Origin: Actinomycetota bacterium
GTDB lineage: Bacteria; Actinomycetota; Acidimicrobiia; Spongiisociales; UBA11373
Length of the DNA: 64,000 nt
Assembly: GCA_020444505.1 (NCBI GenBank)
Contig: JAHLKU010000001.1
Coordinates: forward strand, 62,810-126,809
Reading direction: 5' to 3'
Part shown: positions 26,936-37,015 of the stretch, in pieces
Numbering within the stretch: position 1 is the stretch's first letter
Layout of the letters: each line of letters begins with the position of its first letter
Position numbers and translations under genes: made by a program
The notes under the pieces: model-generated
What the model saw: the letters and a program-made list of their open reading frames with translations, nothing else
The model's database searches: none
Told to the model about the DNA's origin: nothing

Positions 26936-28223
26936 GGCGCCACGCCACGATCACGTCACCCACGTTGGTCCCCGTCGGCCCCGTGACCAGCCTCCCCCCG
27001 ACCGCCTCCAGGTAGGTCCCGCTGTCGTTGGCGGCCAGGGCGGCTTCGGCGTCGAGGCCCGCCTCCCTGCCCCGCCGCACCGTCTCCCCGTCGACCACCC
27101 CGCCGGCCGCCGCCGTCGGGCCGTCCACGCCGTCGGTGCCGAGCGAGGCCACGATCACGTCCCGGTGGCCGTCCAGGATCATCGCCGCCGCCACGGCCAC
27201 CTCCTGGTTGCGGCCCCCCGACCCGCCGCCTCGCACCACGACCGTGGTCTCGCCCGCCGAGACCCACATGCCGGCGCCGTCCTCCGCCAGCAGCGTCCCG
27301 GCGATGCGGGCCCCGACGGCCGCCGCGTCGCCGGTCACGCCGGTGTCTCCCAGGCGGGCGGGGATGCCGAGCCGCTCGGCGGCGCGCACCGCCCCCACGG
27401 CGGCGGCCCTGCCGTCGGCGACCACCACCACCGGGCCTCCCGCCGGCGCCGGCCCGCCCCGCGGCGCCCGCAGCGCCCGCTCCACGCCCGGGCCGGCGGC
27501 TCCCAGGAGCCCGCGGCGCTCGAGCACGGCGATCGCCGCGGCGGGGTCGGACGGATCGGGGACGGTGGGCCCGCCGGCGATGGTCGCCAGATCGCCGCCC
27601 ACGACGTCGGAGAGCACCAGCGTGGCCATGCGGGCCGGGGCGACGGCCCCGGCGAGGCCGCCGCCGTGCAGGCGGGAGAGCCTGCGGCGGACCGTGTTGA
27701 CCTCGCCGATCGGCGCTCCCGACGCCAGGAGGGCGGCCGTCACGGCCGGGAGGTCGCCGGGGCCGAGGCCGGGCACGGGCGTGGCGGCGCAGGCCGAGCC
27801 CCCGCCGGAGACCAGCACCAGGACGAGGTCGTCGGGCCCTGCGGCGCCCGCTGCGGCCATCAGGGCGTCGCCCGCCTGCCTGCTGCGCTCGTCGGGGACC
27901 GGGTGGGATCCCTCGACGACCTCGATGCCCGCAGGTGCCGGGCCGGCCACCGGCGTCGCCGCCACCCCCGCCGGGCGCAGCCCGCCCAGCACGTCGTGGG
28001 CCCCCCACGCCATGGGGATGGCCGCCTTGCCCAGGGCCAGCACGACGAGCCGGCCCCGGGGGAGCGGCACCCGGTGCTCGCCGACCCACACGGCGCCGCC
28101 GCCGAGGCGGAGCGCACCGGCCACGGCCCGCCTCGGGTCGGCGGCCTCCAGGGCGGCGGCCAGCACGTCGAGGAGACGGGCACGGGCCGTCGCATCGGGT
28201 CCGACCACCACCGGTTCGAACAT
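26913..28223 (-). CDS. glycerate kinase, MOFRL/DUF4147 family (TtuD-like)
   Basis: 436 aa with [16 protein letters not shown] and [18 protein letters not shown], plus a C-terminal MOFRL-like region with [15 protein letters not shown] (revcomp of 28230-28235) lies 6 nt upstream of the ATG. Confidence 0.8.
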   Translation of the reverse strand: MFEPVVVGPDATARARLLDVLAAALEAADPRRAVAGALRLGGGAVWVGEHRVPLPRGRLVVLALGKAAIPMAWGAHDVLGGLRPAGVAATPVAGPAPAGIEVVEGSHPVPDERSRQAGDALMAAAGAAGPDDLVLVLVSGGGSACAATPVPGLGPGDLPAVTAALLASGAPIGEVNTVRRRLSRLHGGGLAGAVAPARMATLVLSDVVGGDLATIAGGPTVPDPSDPAAAIAVLERRGLLGAAGPGVERALRAPRGGPAPAGGPVVVVADGRAAAVGAVRAAERLGIPARLGDTGVTGDAAAVGARIAGTLLAEDGAGMWVSAGETTVVVRGGGSGGRNQEVAVAAAMILDGHRDVIVASLGTDGVDGPTAAAGGVVDGETVRRGREAGLDAEAALAANDSGTYLEAVGGRLVTGPTGTNVGDVIVAWRLRPRRPR

Positions 28224-28380
28224 GGCCGCAATGTACCCGAGCCCCGCAGCGGGGCCGCGGGGCGGCCGGAGGAGGCCGCCGATCGGCCGGTTTGCAGGCG
28301 TGTGATGGGCGAACGCGGCCCGTTTGGAGTACCCTCACTCATTCCAGCGGGCTGTGCCCGCGCATGGATGGGAGATATAT

Positions 28381-30111
28381 ATGAAGCGATTTCGGTACCT
28401 AGTCGCCGTGCTACTGGCGTTCGCCCTCGTGGTGGCCGCCTGTGGCGACGACGACGCTGACACCACCGAAGCCCCGACGACGACCGAGGCTGCGACGACG
28501 ACCGAGGCCGCGACGACGACCGAGGCCGCGACGACGACCGAGGCGCCGACGACGACCGAGGCGATGGAAGAGACGACGATCATCATCGGCACGACCGATA
28601 CGATCTCGAGCCTCGACTCCGCCGATGCCTACGCGACGGCGGACTGGGAGCTGATCAAGGCGTTCAACGAGCCGATCCTTCGGTTCACGCCCGGCAGCAA
28701 CTCGGTCCTCGAGCCCGGCATCGCCAGCCTTCCGGTCGCCAGCGAGGACGGGATGAGCTGGACCGTGACGCTCCGCGACGACCTCGTCTTCGGTGACGGC
28801 ACGCCGCTCACCCTGGACACGGCCGTTGCGCAGCTCAACCGGCTCATGAACGCGGAGTTGCAGGACAGCTCGCCGAACCAGGTGGGCAACACCCTCGCGA
28901 TCCCGTACGTCGAGAGCATCGAGGCGGTCGGTGACAATCAGATCCGGTTCAACCTCATCGGGCCCGCGGGCTTCTTCCCGCAGATCCTGGCCGGTGCGCC
29001 GTACACGATCGCGCACCCGGACATCTTCGCCCTCGACGAGATGAACCTGCTGCCCGAGGCGCCGATCTACGGCCTCGGCCCCTGGATGATCACCGATGTG
29101 GTCCCCAACGAGCAGACCGTGCTCGAGCCGAATCCGTACTACAACGGCACCTACCCGGCGCAGGTCGACCGGATCATCGTGCAGCGCTTCTCGACCCCGG
29201 CCGCGATGGCTGACGCCGTCCGCGCCGGTGAGATCGACGTCGCGTGGCGCATCCTCGGCTCCGAGGCCGCCGACGAACTGAAGTCCGTCGAAGGCCTGAC
29301 CGTCGAGACGATCCCTCAGGCGCCGATCCGGTACCTGATCGTCAACCACGCCGACGGCTTCGCGACCGCCGACAAGAACGTGGCGCAGGCCCTGGCCGCG
29401 CTGATCGATCGTGACGAGCTGTCCGACGTCGTGTTCGGCGGCGCCGTGACGCCGTTGCTGTCGCCGGTTCCCCCGGGGTTCCTCGGCGCGACGGAGGCGT
29501 TCGAGACCGCCTTCCAGGCTCCGAACCAGACCCTGGCAGAGAACCTGTTGGCGGCTTCCGGCTTCTCGGCGGACAACCCGGTCGAGGTGACCCTGGGCTA
29601 CCCGCCCGAGCACTACGGCGTGACCACTGCCGACGGCGTCCTGCTGGTCGCCCAGCAGTGGGAGGACTCCGGCCTGATCGACGTGAACATCGTCGAGCAG
29701 GAGTGGAGCACCTACGTCGCGAACTGCACCAACGGTGACACGTACGACGTGTGCGTGCTCGGCTGGTTCTTCGACTTCCCGGATGCCGAGAACTACCTGC
29801 AGCCCTTCATCGAGGGCGACGGGCTCGGCACGATGGTCCTCACGGACCAGGCCACCGGCATCGACCCGCAGCTCGAGCAGCTGCTGCTCGAGCAGCGCGC
29901 TGAGAGCGATCTGGACACTCGTGCCCAGCTGATCGCCGATCTGCAGGACGTGTATGCCGACGAGGTCGTGACCATCCCGCTGTGGTTGGAGCCCGAGTTC
30001 ATCATCTACTGGGAGTACATCTCCGGTAGGGCGGATCTGCCGAACCCGCAGACCCTGAACATCGGTCCCGACTTCGAGTTCATCTACTCCGTCCTGGAGT
30101 ACATGAGCTAG
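28381..30111 (+). CDS. ABC transporter substrate-binding lipoprotein, family 5 (peptide/nickel/opine type)
   Basis: MKRFRYLVAVLLAFALVVAAC lipobox, a (T-T-T-E-A-x)5 linker, and a roughly 520-aa SBP_bac_5-like body. G+C is visibly lower than in neighbouring genes. Confidence 0.85.
   Translation: MKRFRYLVAVLLAFALVVAACGDDDADTTEAPTTTEAATTTEAATTTEAATTTEAPTTTEAMEETTIIIGTTDTISSLDSADAYATADWELIKAFNEPILRFTPGSNSVLEPGIASLPVASEDGMSWTVTLRDDLVFGDGTPLTLDTAVAQLNRLMNAELQDSSPNQVGNTLAIPYVESIEAVGDNQIRFNLIGPAGFFPQILAGAPYTIAHPDIFALDEMNLLPEAPIYGLGPWMITDVVPNEQTVLEPNPYYNGTYPAQVDRIIVQRFSTPAAMADAVRAGEIDVAWRILGSEAADELKSVEGLTVETIPQAPIRYLIVNHADGFATADKNVAQALAALIDRDELSDVVFGGAVTPLLSPVPPGFLGATEAFETAFQAPNQTLAENLLAASGFSADNPVEVTLGYPPEHYGVTTADGVLLVAQQWEDSGLIDVNIVEQEWSTYVANCTNGDTYDVCVLGWFFDFPDAENYLQPFIEGDGLGTMVLTDQATGIDPQLEQLLLEQRAESDLDTRAQLIADLQDVYADEVVTIPLWLEPEFIIYWEYISGRADLPNPQTLNIGPDFEFIYSVLEYMS
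28471..28560 (+). repeat. 5 x 18-bp in-frame tandem repeat (gcNNcgacgacgaccgag) encoding the [AP]TTTEA linker
   Basis: Direct reading of five consecutive 18-mers that differ only at positions 3-4. Confidence 0.9.
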
Positions 30112-30132
30112 TCGCAGCGACCCAAGCGAGAC

Positions 30133-30173
30133 AGAACCGGGAGCGGGCTTGCCCGCTCCCGGTTCTCTTTTTC
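30133..30173 (+). terminator. rho-independent terminator/attenuator between the SBP and permease genes
   Basis: AGAACCGGGAGCGGG-CTTG-CCCGCTCCCGGTTCT forms a perfect 15-bp stem, followed by CTTTTTC. Confidence 0.85.
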
Positions 30174-30203
30174 GGCATCTTCCGTTAGCCTCGCTTCCCT
30201 ACC

Positions 30204-31301
30204 GTGCATCCACTCCTACTCGTCTTCATGGTGTTCGGCGTCCCCGCGGCGCTGGCCCTGTTGTGGGTGTTCATCCGCGGCAGCGAGGCGCTCCGGCGCT
30301 ACATCCTGACCCGCATCGCCCTCACGCTGCCGATGGTGCTGATCCTGGTGTCGGTGGTGTTCTTCGTGCTCCGGGTGATGCCGGGCGACGTGGTGTCCTC
30401 CACGCTGGGCCCCAAGGCGAGCGAAGAGGTCCGCGAGAACATCATCGAGTCGCTCGGCCTCGACGACCCGCTCATCGTTCAGTACTTCAAGTTCCTCGGC
30501 GACGTGGTCACCCTGGATCTCGGCGACTCGTTCATCGGGGCTCGCCGGCCCATCGTGGACGAGCTCGGCGAGCGGCTGCCGGCGACCCTCGAGCTCATCA
30601 TCCCCGCCGCCATCGTCGCGCTGGGGACCGGGCTCTTATTCGGCACGTTTGCGGCCGTGCGCCGCAAACGGACCGCCGACTACGGGCTCCGTCTGTACAG
30701 CGTGATCGTCTACTCCATGCCCATCTTCTGGCTGGGCCTGCTGTTGAGGCTGGTGTTCAGCGTTTGGCTGGGTTGGACCCCGATCGCGGGGCGCATCGAC
30801 GTGGTGGCCAACACCACCCTGGAGCGAACGACCAACCTGCTGACGGTGGACTCGATCATCTCGGGGAACTGGTCGGCACTGCTGAGCGTCCTGCACCACA
30901 TGATCCTTCCCACCCTCACGCTCGGCCTCGTGCTGTCCGGCGTGTTCATCCGCCTGACCCGGATCAACGTGATCGAGACGCTGCAGGAGGACTACGTGAT
31001 CTCCGCCAGGGCTCGCGGCATCCGCGAGCGGGTGGTCACCTACTCCTATGCGCTCAAGAACGCCATGATCCCGGTGGTCACCGTGATCGGCCTCCAGGTG
31101 GCCATCCTGCTCGCCGGCGCCGTGCTGACCGAGACCGTGTTCAACTGGCCGGGCATGGGCAGGTACCTGATCCAGCGGATCAGCGCGCGTGACTTCCAGG
31201 CGGTGCAGTCCACCGTCGCGGTGTTTGCGATGTTCGTCGCCCTGATCAGCCTGGCGGTGGATGTGATCTACTCCGTCTTGGACCCGCGGGTGAAGTACTG
31301 A
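30204..31301 (+). CDS. ABC transporter permease, DppB/OppB-like
   Basis: GTG start. RYILTRIALTLPMVLILVSVVFFVLRVMPGD and an EAA-type loop YVISARARGIRERVVTYSYALKNAMIP. Confidence 0.85.
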   Translation: MHPLLLVFMVFGVPAALALLWVFIRGSEALRRYILTRIALTLPMVLILVSVVFFVLRVMPGDVVSSTLGPKASEEVRENIIESLGLDDPLIVQYFKFLGDVVTLDLGDSFIGARRPIVDELGERLPATLELIIPAAIVALGTGLLFGTFAAVRRKRTADYGLRLYSVIVYSMPIFWLGLLLRLVFSVWLGWTPIAGRIDVVANTTLERTTNLLTVDSIISGNWSALLSVLHHMILPTLTLGLVLSGVFIRLTRINVIETLQEDYVISARARGIRERVVTYSYALKNAMIPVVTVIGLQVAILLAGAVLTETVFNWPGMGRYLIQRISARDFQAVQSTVAVFAMFVALISLAVDVIYSVLDPRVKY

Positions 31302-32575
31302 TGACCGACCACGAGAACCTCGAGACCCCGGCCCCCGCCCAGGTGGCGGACTGGGAGCTGGAACTCCAGAAGGTGGGGTTCGTCCGGCGCGTGCTGCGCG
31401 CCCGGAAGTGGTACCGGGCCGACTGGTGGTTCGTGGTCATCTCGAGCCTGATGGTGGTCGGGTTCCTGATCATCGCCATCTGGCCCCAGTGGTTCGCTCC
31501 CCACGACCCCCTGGAGCAGGTCGGTCCCCGGCTGCTGTCGCCGGGCGAGCTGCCGGAGAGCGAGGTCCTCATCCTGCCCGAGGACTCCCCGTTCGGAGGG
31601 ATCGCCGACTTCACACGCGACGAACGCATCCCGGTGGCCGTGATGCTCGACACGCCGTCCAGCGAAGCCGCCCGCGACGAGGCGGAGCGCGTCACCGACG
31701 AGATCGCTGCATCCGGGGGCGAGGGCCGGATCCGCCTGCAGATCATGCGGTTCGAGTCCATCGAGGAGACCCTCGACGCGGTGGTGTCCGGCGAGGCGAC
31801 GGCCGCCGTCGCATCCTCCAAGACGTTCGCCGCCGCCGCCGCCGGCTACCCGACGCTCCGCAACGCGGGCGGGGTGTCCAGCGAGGCCCAGGACACCACG
31901 AGCTTCATCCTCGGCACCAACCAGGTGGGGCAGGACGTCCTGAGCCGCCTCATCTGGGGCGCCCGCATCGCCATCATCATCGGGTTCTCGGCGGCGATCG
32001 CCTCCTTCGTGCTCGGGGTGCCGCTGGGCCTCATCGCCGGCTTCGCCGGAGGCAAGCTGGACCGGCTGATGACGCTGGTCATGGACAGCATCTACGCCTT
32101 CCCCGGCCTGATCCTGGCGATCGCCATCACCGCGGTGCTGGGGCCCAGCATCGTCAACATCATCGTGGCGATCGCGGTGCTGTACATCCCGACGTACTAC
32201 CGGATCGTGCGCGGCCAGACCCTCTCGGCCAAGGAGGAGCTGTACGTGGAGGCCGCCAAGAGCCTCGGCGCCCGGTCCCGGGTCATCCTCGGCCGCTACA
32301 TCTTCCCCAACGTCATCCCGTCGGTGGCCGTGATCTTCTCGGTCAACGTGGCCGACGCCATCCTCACCGGCGCCGGCCTCTCGTTCCTCGGCCTGGGCCT
32401 GCCGCTCGACACGCCCGACTGGGGCATCGACCTCGCACGGGGGCAGGAGTTCATCCGCTCGGCGTGGTGGCTCATCACGTTCCCCGGCCTGGCCGTCATG
32501 CTCATCGTGCTGGCCTTCACCATGATGGGCGAGGGCCTGGTGGAGATCTTCAACCCGAAGCTGAGGGACCGGTAG
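31301..32575 (+). CDS. ABC transporter permease, DppC/OppC-like, with an extracytoplasmic insertion of about 120 aa
   Basis: [23 protein letters not shown] and [21 protein letters not shown]. There are extra residues between TM1 and the LGT motif (nt about 31544-31900). Confidence 0.85.
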   Translation: MTDHENLETPAPAQVADWELELQKVGFVRRVLRARKWYRADWWFVVISSLMVVGFLIIAIWPQWFAPHDPLEQVGPRLLSPGELPESEVLILPEDSPFGGIADFTRDERIPVAVMLDTPSSEAARDEAERVTDEIAASGGEGRIRLQIMRFESIEETLDAVVSGEATAAVASSKTFAAAAAGYPTLRNAGGVSSEAQDTTSFILGTNQVGQDVLSRLIWGARIAIIIGFSAAIASFVLGVPLGLIAGFAGGKLDRLMTLVMDSIYAFPGLILAIAITAVLGPSIVNIIVAIAVLYIPTYYRIVRGQTLSAKEELYVEAAKSLGARSRVILGRYIFPNVIPSVAVIFSVNVADAILTGAGLSFLGLGLPLDTPDWGIDLARGQEFIRSAWWLITFPGLAVMLIVLAFTMMGEGLVEIFNPKLRDR

Positions 32576-32578
32576 ACC

Positions 32579-33607
32579 ATGACGCAGGACGCCATCGCCG
32601 CCGATCGCAGCTCGGTCGCCACCGGCGACGTGCTGTACTCGATCCGCGACCTCTCGGTGGAGTACGGGACCAGGGCGGGCGAGGTCGCCGCCGTCGACCG
32701 GGTCTCGCTAGACATCCGCAAGGGCGAGATCCTCGGCCTCGTCGGAGAGTCCGGCTGCGGCAAGTCCACCCTCGGCAAGGCGATGATGAGGATGATCTCG
32801 CCGCCCGGCAGGATCACACAGGGGGAGCTGTGGTTCGCCGGTGAGGACCTGATGACGGTGTCCGAGGCCCAGATGCGTGAGATCCGCGGCGCCCGGCTCG
32901 GCATGGTGTTCCAGGACCCGATGACCTCGCTGAACCCGTTGTCGAAGATCGTGGACCACCTCACCGAGACGATCACCACGCACGAGCCGTCGGTGTCGGA
33001 GGCGGCGGCCCGTGATCGGGCGGAGCAACTGATCGGCAGGCTCGGGCTGCGGGTCGAGCGCATCGACGACTACCCCCACCAGTTCTCGGGAGGCATGCGG
33101 CAGCGCATCATGATCGCCCTGGCCCTCGCCCTGCGGGCGGACCTGGTGATCGCCGACGAGCCGACGACGGCCCTCGACGTGATCGTCGAGGCGCAGTTCC
33201 TCGACCTGCTGCGGGAGCTGCGGGCCGAGTTCGACCTCACGATCATCATGATCACCCACAACATCGGCGTGGTGGCCGAGGTCGCCGACCGGGTGGCGGT
33301 CATGTACGCCGGCCGGATGGCCGAACTGGGGTCGGTGGACGAGGTGTTCCTCGACACCAAGCACCCCTACGGCCAGGGCCTCCTCCGGGCGGTCCCCAAC
33401 ATCGAACTCGACGGCTCGGACCTGTACCAGATGGAGGGGGCGCCTCCGAACCTGCTGCACACGCCCTCGGGCTGCCCCTTCCATCCCCGGTGCCCGCATG
33501 TGATGCCGATCTGCTCCGAGCGCGAGCCGGCGTTCGCCGAGGTGACACCGGGGCACCGCGCCTCGTGCTGGCTGTTCCAGGAACACGACGGGGAGGGGGA
33601 GCGGTGA
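32579..33607 (+). CDS. ABC transporter ATP-binding protein, DppD/OppD-like
   Basis: [28 protein letters not shown], and a C-terminal oligopeptide-type Cys motif [15 protein letters not shown]. Confidence 0.9.
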   Translation: MTQDAIAADRSSVATGDVLYSIRDLSVEYGTRAGEVAAVDRVSLDIRKGEILGLVGESGCGKSTLGKAMMRMISPPGRITQGELWFAGEDLMTVSEAQMREIRGARLGMVFQDPMTSLNPLSKIVDHLTETITTHEPSVSEAAARDRAEQLIGRLGLRVERIDDYPHQFSGGMRQRIMIALALALRADLVIADEPTTALDVIVEAQFLDLLRELRAEFDLTIIMITHNIGVVAEVADRVAVMYAGRMAELGSVDEVFLDTKHPYGQGLLRAVPNIELDGSDLYQMEGAPPNLLHTPSGCPFHPRCPHVMPICSEREPAFAEVTPGHRASCWLFQEHDGEGER

Positions 33608-34845
33608 GCCGTATCGGCATCCTCCTCATCGTCCTCGGGGGCCTGGCCGTCCTGGCGGCGATCGGCGTGGGCACCGCGTGGCTGGCCGTCAGGAGGCGGC
33701 GCAGCCGGTACGCGTGGTTCTTCCTCGGCATGCTCATCCTCCCGCTCGCCGTCCTCGCCCTGCTCCCGGCGCGCGACCCCGTCCCGGTGGGGGCGGGCGG
33801 CGAGGTCCTGGTGGAGGTGAGGGGCCTTCGCAAGTGGTTCCCGGTGCAGAAGGGCTTCATCGCCAACCTCCTGTCGCGCGGCCACACCGACTACGTCAAG
33901 GCCGTGGACGACGTCAGCTTCACCATCAAGCGCGGAGAGGTGCTGGGCCTGGCCGGGGAGAGCGGGTCGGGGAAGTCGACGGTCGGCCGCCTCGTGCTCC
34001 GCCTCCTCGACCCCACCGAGGGCGAGGTCGTCGTGGACGGCGTCGACCTGGCGCGCCTCGACAAGGAGAACCTCCGCGTCTACCGCCACAAGATGCAGGT
34101 GGTGTTCCAGGACCCGCTGGCATCGCTCAACCCGCGCATGACGGTGGGCCAGGCGATCGAGCACCCCGCCCAGATCCACCTCCCGGACACGACCCCCGAG
34201 GAGCGCAAGCGCCTGGTCTTCGAGTTGCTCGACGCGGTCGGCATGAGCCCGCCCGACTTCTTCTACTCCAAGTACCCCCATCAGGTGTCGGGCGGCCAGC
34301 GGCAGCGGATCGTGCTGGCCCGGGCCCTCATCACCCAGCCGGACCTGATCGTGGCCGACGAGCCCATCGCTTCGGCGGACGTGTCCGTGCAGGCGTTGCT
34401 GCTGGAGCTGATGATCAAGCTGAAGGACGAGTTCGACCTCACCTACCTGTTCATCACCCACGACCTGGCCACGACCAAGTACATCTGCGACCGGATCGGG
34501 ATCATGTACCTCGGCAAGATCGTCGAGATCGGGCCCCTGCAGGAGGTCTTCGAGAACCCGCAGCACCCCTACACCAGGGCCCTGCTGTCGGCGGTGCCCG
34601 TGCCCGACCCCCGCCACCGCCGCACCGAGCCGCTGCCCACCGGCGAGATCCCGAACCCGATCAACCCGCCGCCGGGCTGCAACTTCCACCCGCGGTGCCC
34701 GATCGCCGCGGCGGGGGTCTGCGACGGTGAGCTCCCCTCGCTTCGCCCCGTCCCCGGGTCGGAGGACCACCTGGTGTCCTGCCACCTCCGCACCGGCGAC
34801 CACACCCATCTCGACCCGGCCCGCACCGGGGGCCCGTCCGCCTAG
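33604..34845 (+). CDS. ABC transporter ATP-binding protein, DppF/OppF-like, with an apparent N-terminal two-helix membrane extension
   Basis: GTG 33604 overlaps the previous TGA. About 66 hydrophobic N-terminal residues are followed by GESGSGKST, VSGGQRQR, IVADEPIASAD and GCNFHPRCP. An alternative internal GTG at 33787 would give a canonical length. Confidence 0.8.
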   Translation: MSRIGILLIVLGGLAVLAAIGVGTAWLAVRRRRSRYAWFFLGMLILPLAVLALLPARDPVPVGAGGEVLVEVRGLRKWFPVQKGFIANLLSRGHTDYVKAVDDVSFTIKRGEVLGLAGESGSGKSTVGRLVLRLLDPTEGEVVVDGVDLARLDKENLRVYRHKMQVVFQDPLASLNPRMTVGQAIEHPAQIHLPDTTPEERKRLVFELLDAVGMSPPDFFYSKYPHQVSGGQRQRIVLARALITQPDLIVADEPIASADVSVQALLLELMIKLKDEFDLTYLFITHDLATTKYICDRIGIMYLGKIVEIGPLQEVFENPQHPYTRALLSAVPVPDPRHRRTEPLPTGEIPNPINPPPGCNFHPRCPIAAAGVCDGELPSLRPVPGSEDHLVSCHLRTGDHTHLDPARTGGPSA

Positions 34846-34887
34846 GGCAGCCGTGCCGGCGCGGCCGTGCCGGTAGCCTCGCGATCG

Positions 34888-35985
34888 GTGCATCCGCTGC
34901 TGCTGTCCGTCCTGATCTTCGGCGTCCCGGCGGCGATCGCGTTGGGATGGGTGTTCCTGCGCGGCGGCGGCGCCCTGCGGCGCTACATCGCGACGCGGGT
35001 GGCACTCACCCTGCCGATGGTCTTCGTCCTGGTGTCGGTGGTGTTCCTGGTGCTCCGCGTCATGCCGGGCGACGTGGCCTCGGCCACGCTCGGCCCGAAG
35101 GCGAACGCAGAGGTCCGCCAGAACATCGAGGAGACCCTGGGCCTCGACGACCCGCTGGTCGTGCAGTACGCGCGGTTCCTGGGCCAGGTCGCCACCTTCG
35201 ACCTCGGGGACTCCTTCGTCGGGGCGCGGCGCCCCGTGGTGGACGAACTGGGGGAGCGCCTCCCCGCCACCCTGGAGCTGGTGCTCCCGGCGGCCGGCGT
35301 CGCCATCGCGCTCGGCCTGGTCCTCGGGGCGTCGGCCGCCGGCCATCGCAGGCGCCTCCGGGACTACGCCGTGCGCATGTTCGGTGTCGTGGTGTACTCG
35401 ATGCCGGTCTTCTGGCTCGGCATGCTGGCCAAGGGTGTCTTCAGCATCTGGCTGGGGTGGACGCCGGTGGCCGGCCGCATCGACGTGCTGGCCAACGCCA
35501 CGCTGGAACGCACCACCAACCTCCTGGTCGTGGATTCGATCCTCTCGGGGAACTGGGAGGCGCTGCGCAGTGCGCTCCACCACATGGTGCTCCCGGTGCT
35601 GACGCTGGGCGTGAGCATCTCCGGCCTGTTCGCCCGCCTCGTCCGCATCAACGTCATCGAGACGCTGCAGCAGGACTACGTCGCGGCCGCCAGGGCACGG
35701 GGCCTGCGGGAGCGGACCGTGGTCGGTGCCTACGCGGTGCGGAACGCCATGATCCCGGTGGTCACGGTGATCGGCCTGCAGGTGGCCATCCTGCTGGCGG
35801 GCACGGTGCTCACCGAGGCCGTCTTCAACTGGCCGGGGATGGGCCTCTACCTGGTGGAGAGGATCAAGGTGCGGGACTTCCAGGCGGTGCAGTCGGCGGT
35901 GGCGATGTTCGCCCTGCTGGTCGCCGCCATCGGGCTGGCCGTGGACGTGGTGTACGGCGTCCTCGATCCGCGGGTGGAGTACTGA
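34888..35985 (+). CDS. second DppB/OppB-like permease (paralogue of 30204..31301)
   Basis: Colinear, gap-free similarity to the first permease over the whole length, starting VHPLLL... in both. Its G+C is higher than that of the first copy. TAGCCT at 34874-34879 lies 8 nt upstream of the GTG. Confidence 0.85.
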   Translation: MHPLLLSVLIFGVPAAIALGWVFLRGGGALRRYIATRVALTLPMVFVLVSVVFLVLRVMPGDVASATLGPKANAEVRQNIEETLGLDDPLVVQYARFLGQVATFDLGDSFVGARRPVVDELGERLPATLELVLPAAGVAIALGLVLGASAAGHRRRLRDYAVRMFGVVVYSMPVFWLGMLAKGVFSIWLGWTPVAGRIDVLANATLERTTNLLVVDSILSGNWEALRSALHHMVLPVLTLGVSISGLFARLVRINVIETLQQDYVAAARARGLRERTVVGAYAVRNAMIPVVTVIGLQVAILLAGTVLTEAVFNWPGMGLYLVERIKVRDFQAVQSAVAMFALLVAAIGLAVDVVYGVLDPRVEY

Positions 35986-36024
35986 GGGGCGGGGCCCCCA
36001 CCCCTCCGGCGGTATCCTGCCCCG

Positions 36025-36987
36025 GTGGCGCTGCCCTCCGACCCCTCCGCGCTCGTCGCCGCCGCCCTCGACGGCGACCGCCGCGCCCTGGCGCGGCTGG
36101 TCTCGATCGTCGAGGACGGCCGCCCCGACGCCGGCCCGATGCTCGCCGCCGCCTACCCGGCAGCGGGCGGCGCCTACCGGGTGGGGATCACCGGCGCGCC
36201 GGGGGCGGGCAAGAGCACCCTCACCGACGGGCTGATCGGCGCGCTGCGCGCCGCAGGCGACGCCGTCGCCGTGCTGGCCGTGGACCCGACCAGCCCCTTC
36301 AGCGGCGGTGCCGTGCTCGGAGACCGGGTGCGCATGCAGGACCACGTCTCCGACGACGGCGTCTACATCCGCTCCATGGCCAGCCGCGGCCACCTGGGCG
36401 GCCTGTCGGCGGCGGCGCCGAAGGCGCTGGCGCTGCTGGACGCCGCGGGCTTCCCCTGGCTGCTCATCGAGACGGTCGGGGTGGGCCAGGACGAGGTGGA
36501 GATCACCGAGGCCGCGGACACCACGATCGTGGTGGTGACCCCGGGGTGGGGTGACGGCATCCAGGCCGCCAAGGCCGGCATCCTGGAGATCGGCGACGTG
36601 TTCGTGGTCAACAAGGCCGACCGGCCCGGGCTGCGGGACACGGTGTCCGACCTGAAGACGATGCTGCAACTGGGCGGCGAGCGGCCGTGGAAGCCGCCGA
36701 TCGTCGAGACCGTGGCTGCGGAGGGCGCGGGCATCGAGGACGTGCGCGAGGCCATCGCCACCCACCGCCGCCACCTGGAGGAGACCGGCGGACTGGCCGA
36801 CGGCAGGCGCCGCCGCCGCATCGGCGAACTGGAGGGCGCCCTCGCCGCCGAGTACCGGCGGCGGGCCGGGATCGCGGTCGCGGCGGCGTCCGGCGGAGGG
36901 CTCGTGGAGGCGGTGGCCCGCGGCGAGGCCGACCCGTGGAGCGCGGCGCTGCGAATGCTGGACGCCGGGGGCCCGCCGGCTCGGTAG
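36025..36987 (+). CDS. meaB: methylmalonyl-CoA mutase-associated G-protein chaperone (MeaB/ArgK)
   Basis: GITGAPGAGKSTL, AVDPTSPFSGGAVLGDRVRM, ETVGVGQ and VVNKADR. Confidence 0.9.
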   Translation: MALPSDPSALVAAALDGDRRALARLVSIVEDGRPDAGPMLAAAYPAAGGAYRVGITGAPGAGKSTLTDGLIGALRAAGDAVAVLAVDPTSPFSGGAVLGDRVRMQDHVSDDGVYIRSMASRGHLGGLSAAAPKALALLDAAGFPWLLIETVGVGQDEVEITEAADTTIVVVTPGWGDGIQAAKAGILEIGDVFVVNKADRPGLRDTVSDLKTMLQLGGERPWKPPIVETVAAEGAGIEDVREAIATHRRHLEETGGLADGRRRRRIGELEGALAAEYRRRAGIAVAAASGGGLVEAVARGEADPWSAALRMLDAGGPPAR

Positions 36988-37015
36988 CCTCGGGACGAGT
37001 CGTCCAGGAGGATCC

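Noticed and set aside
36983-36993. Recurring GGTAGCCTCG-like strings (30184, 34872, 36984), considered as a possible dispersed regulatory motif
   Set aside because: There are only three short occurrences, each explicable as an ordinary TAnnnT -10 box. This is insufficient for a motif claim without a genome-wide count.
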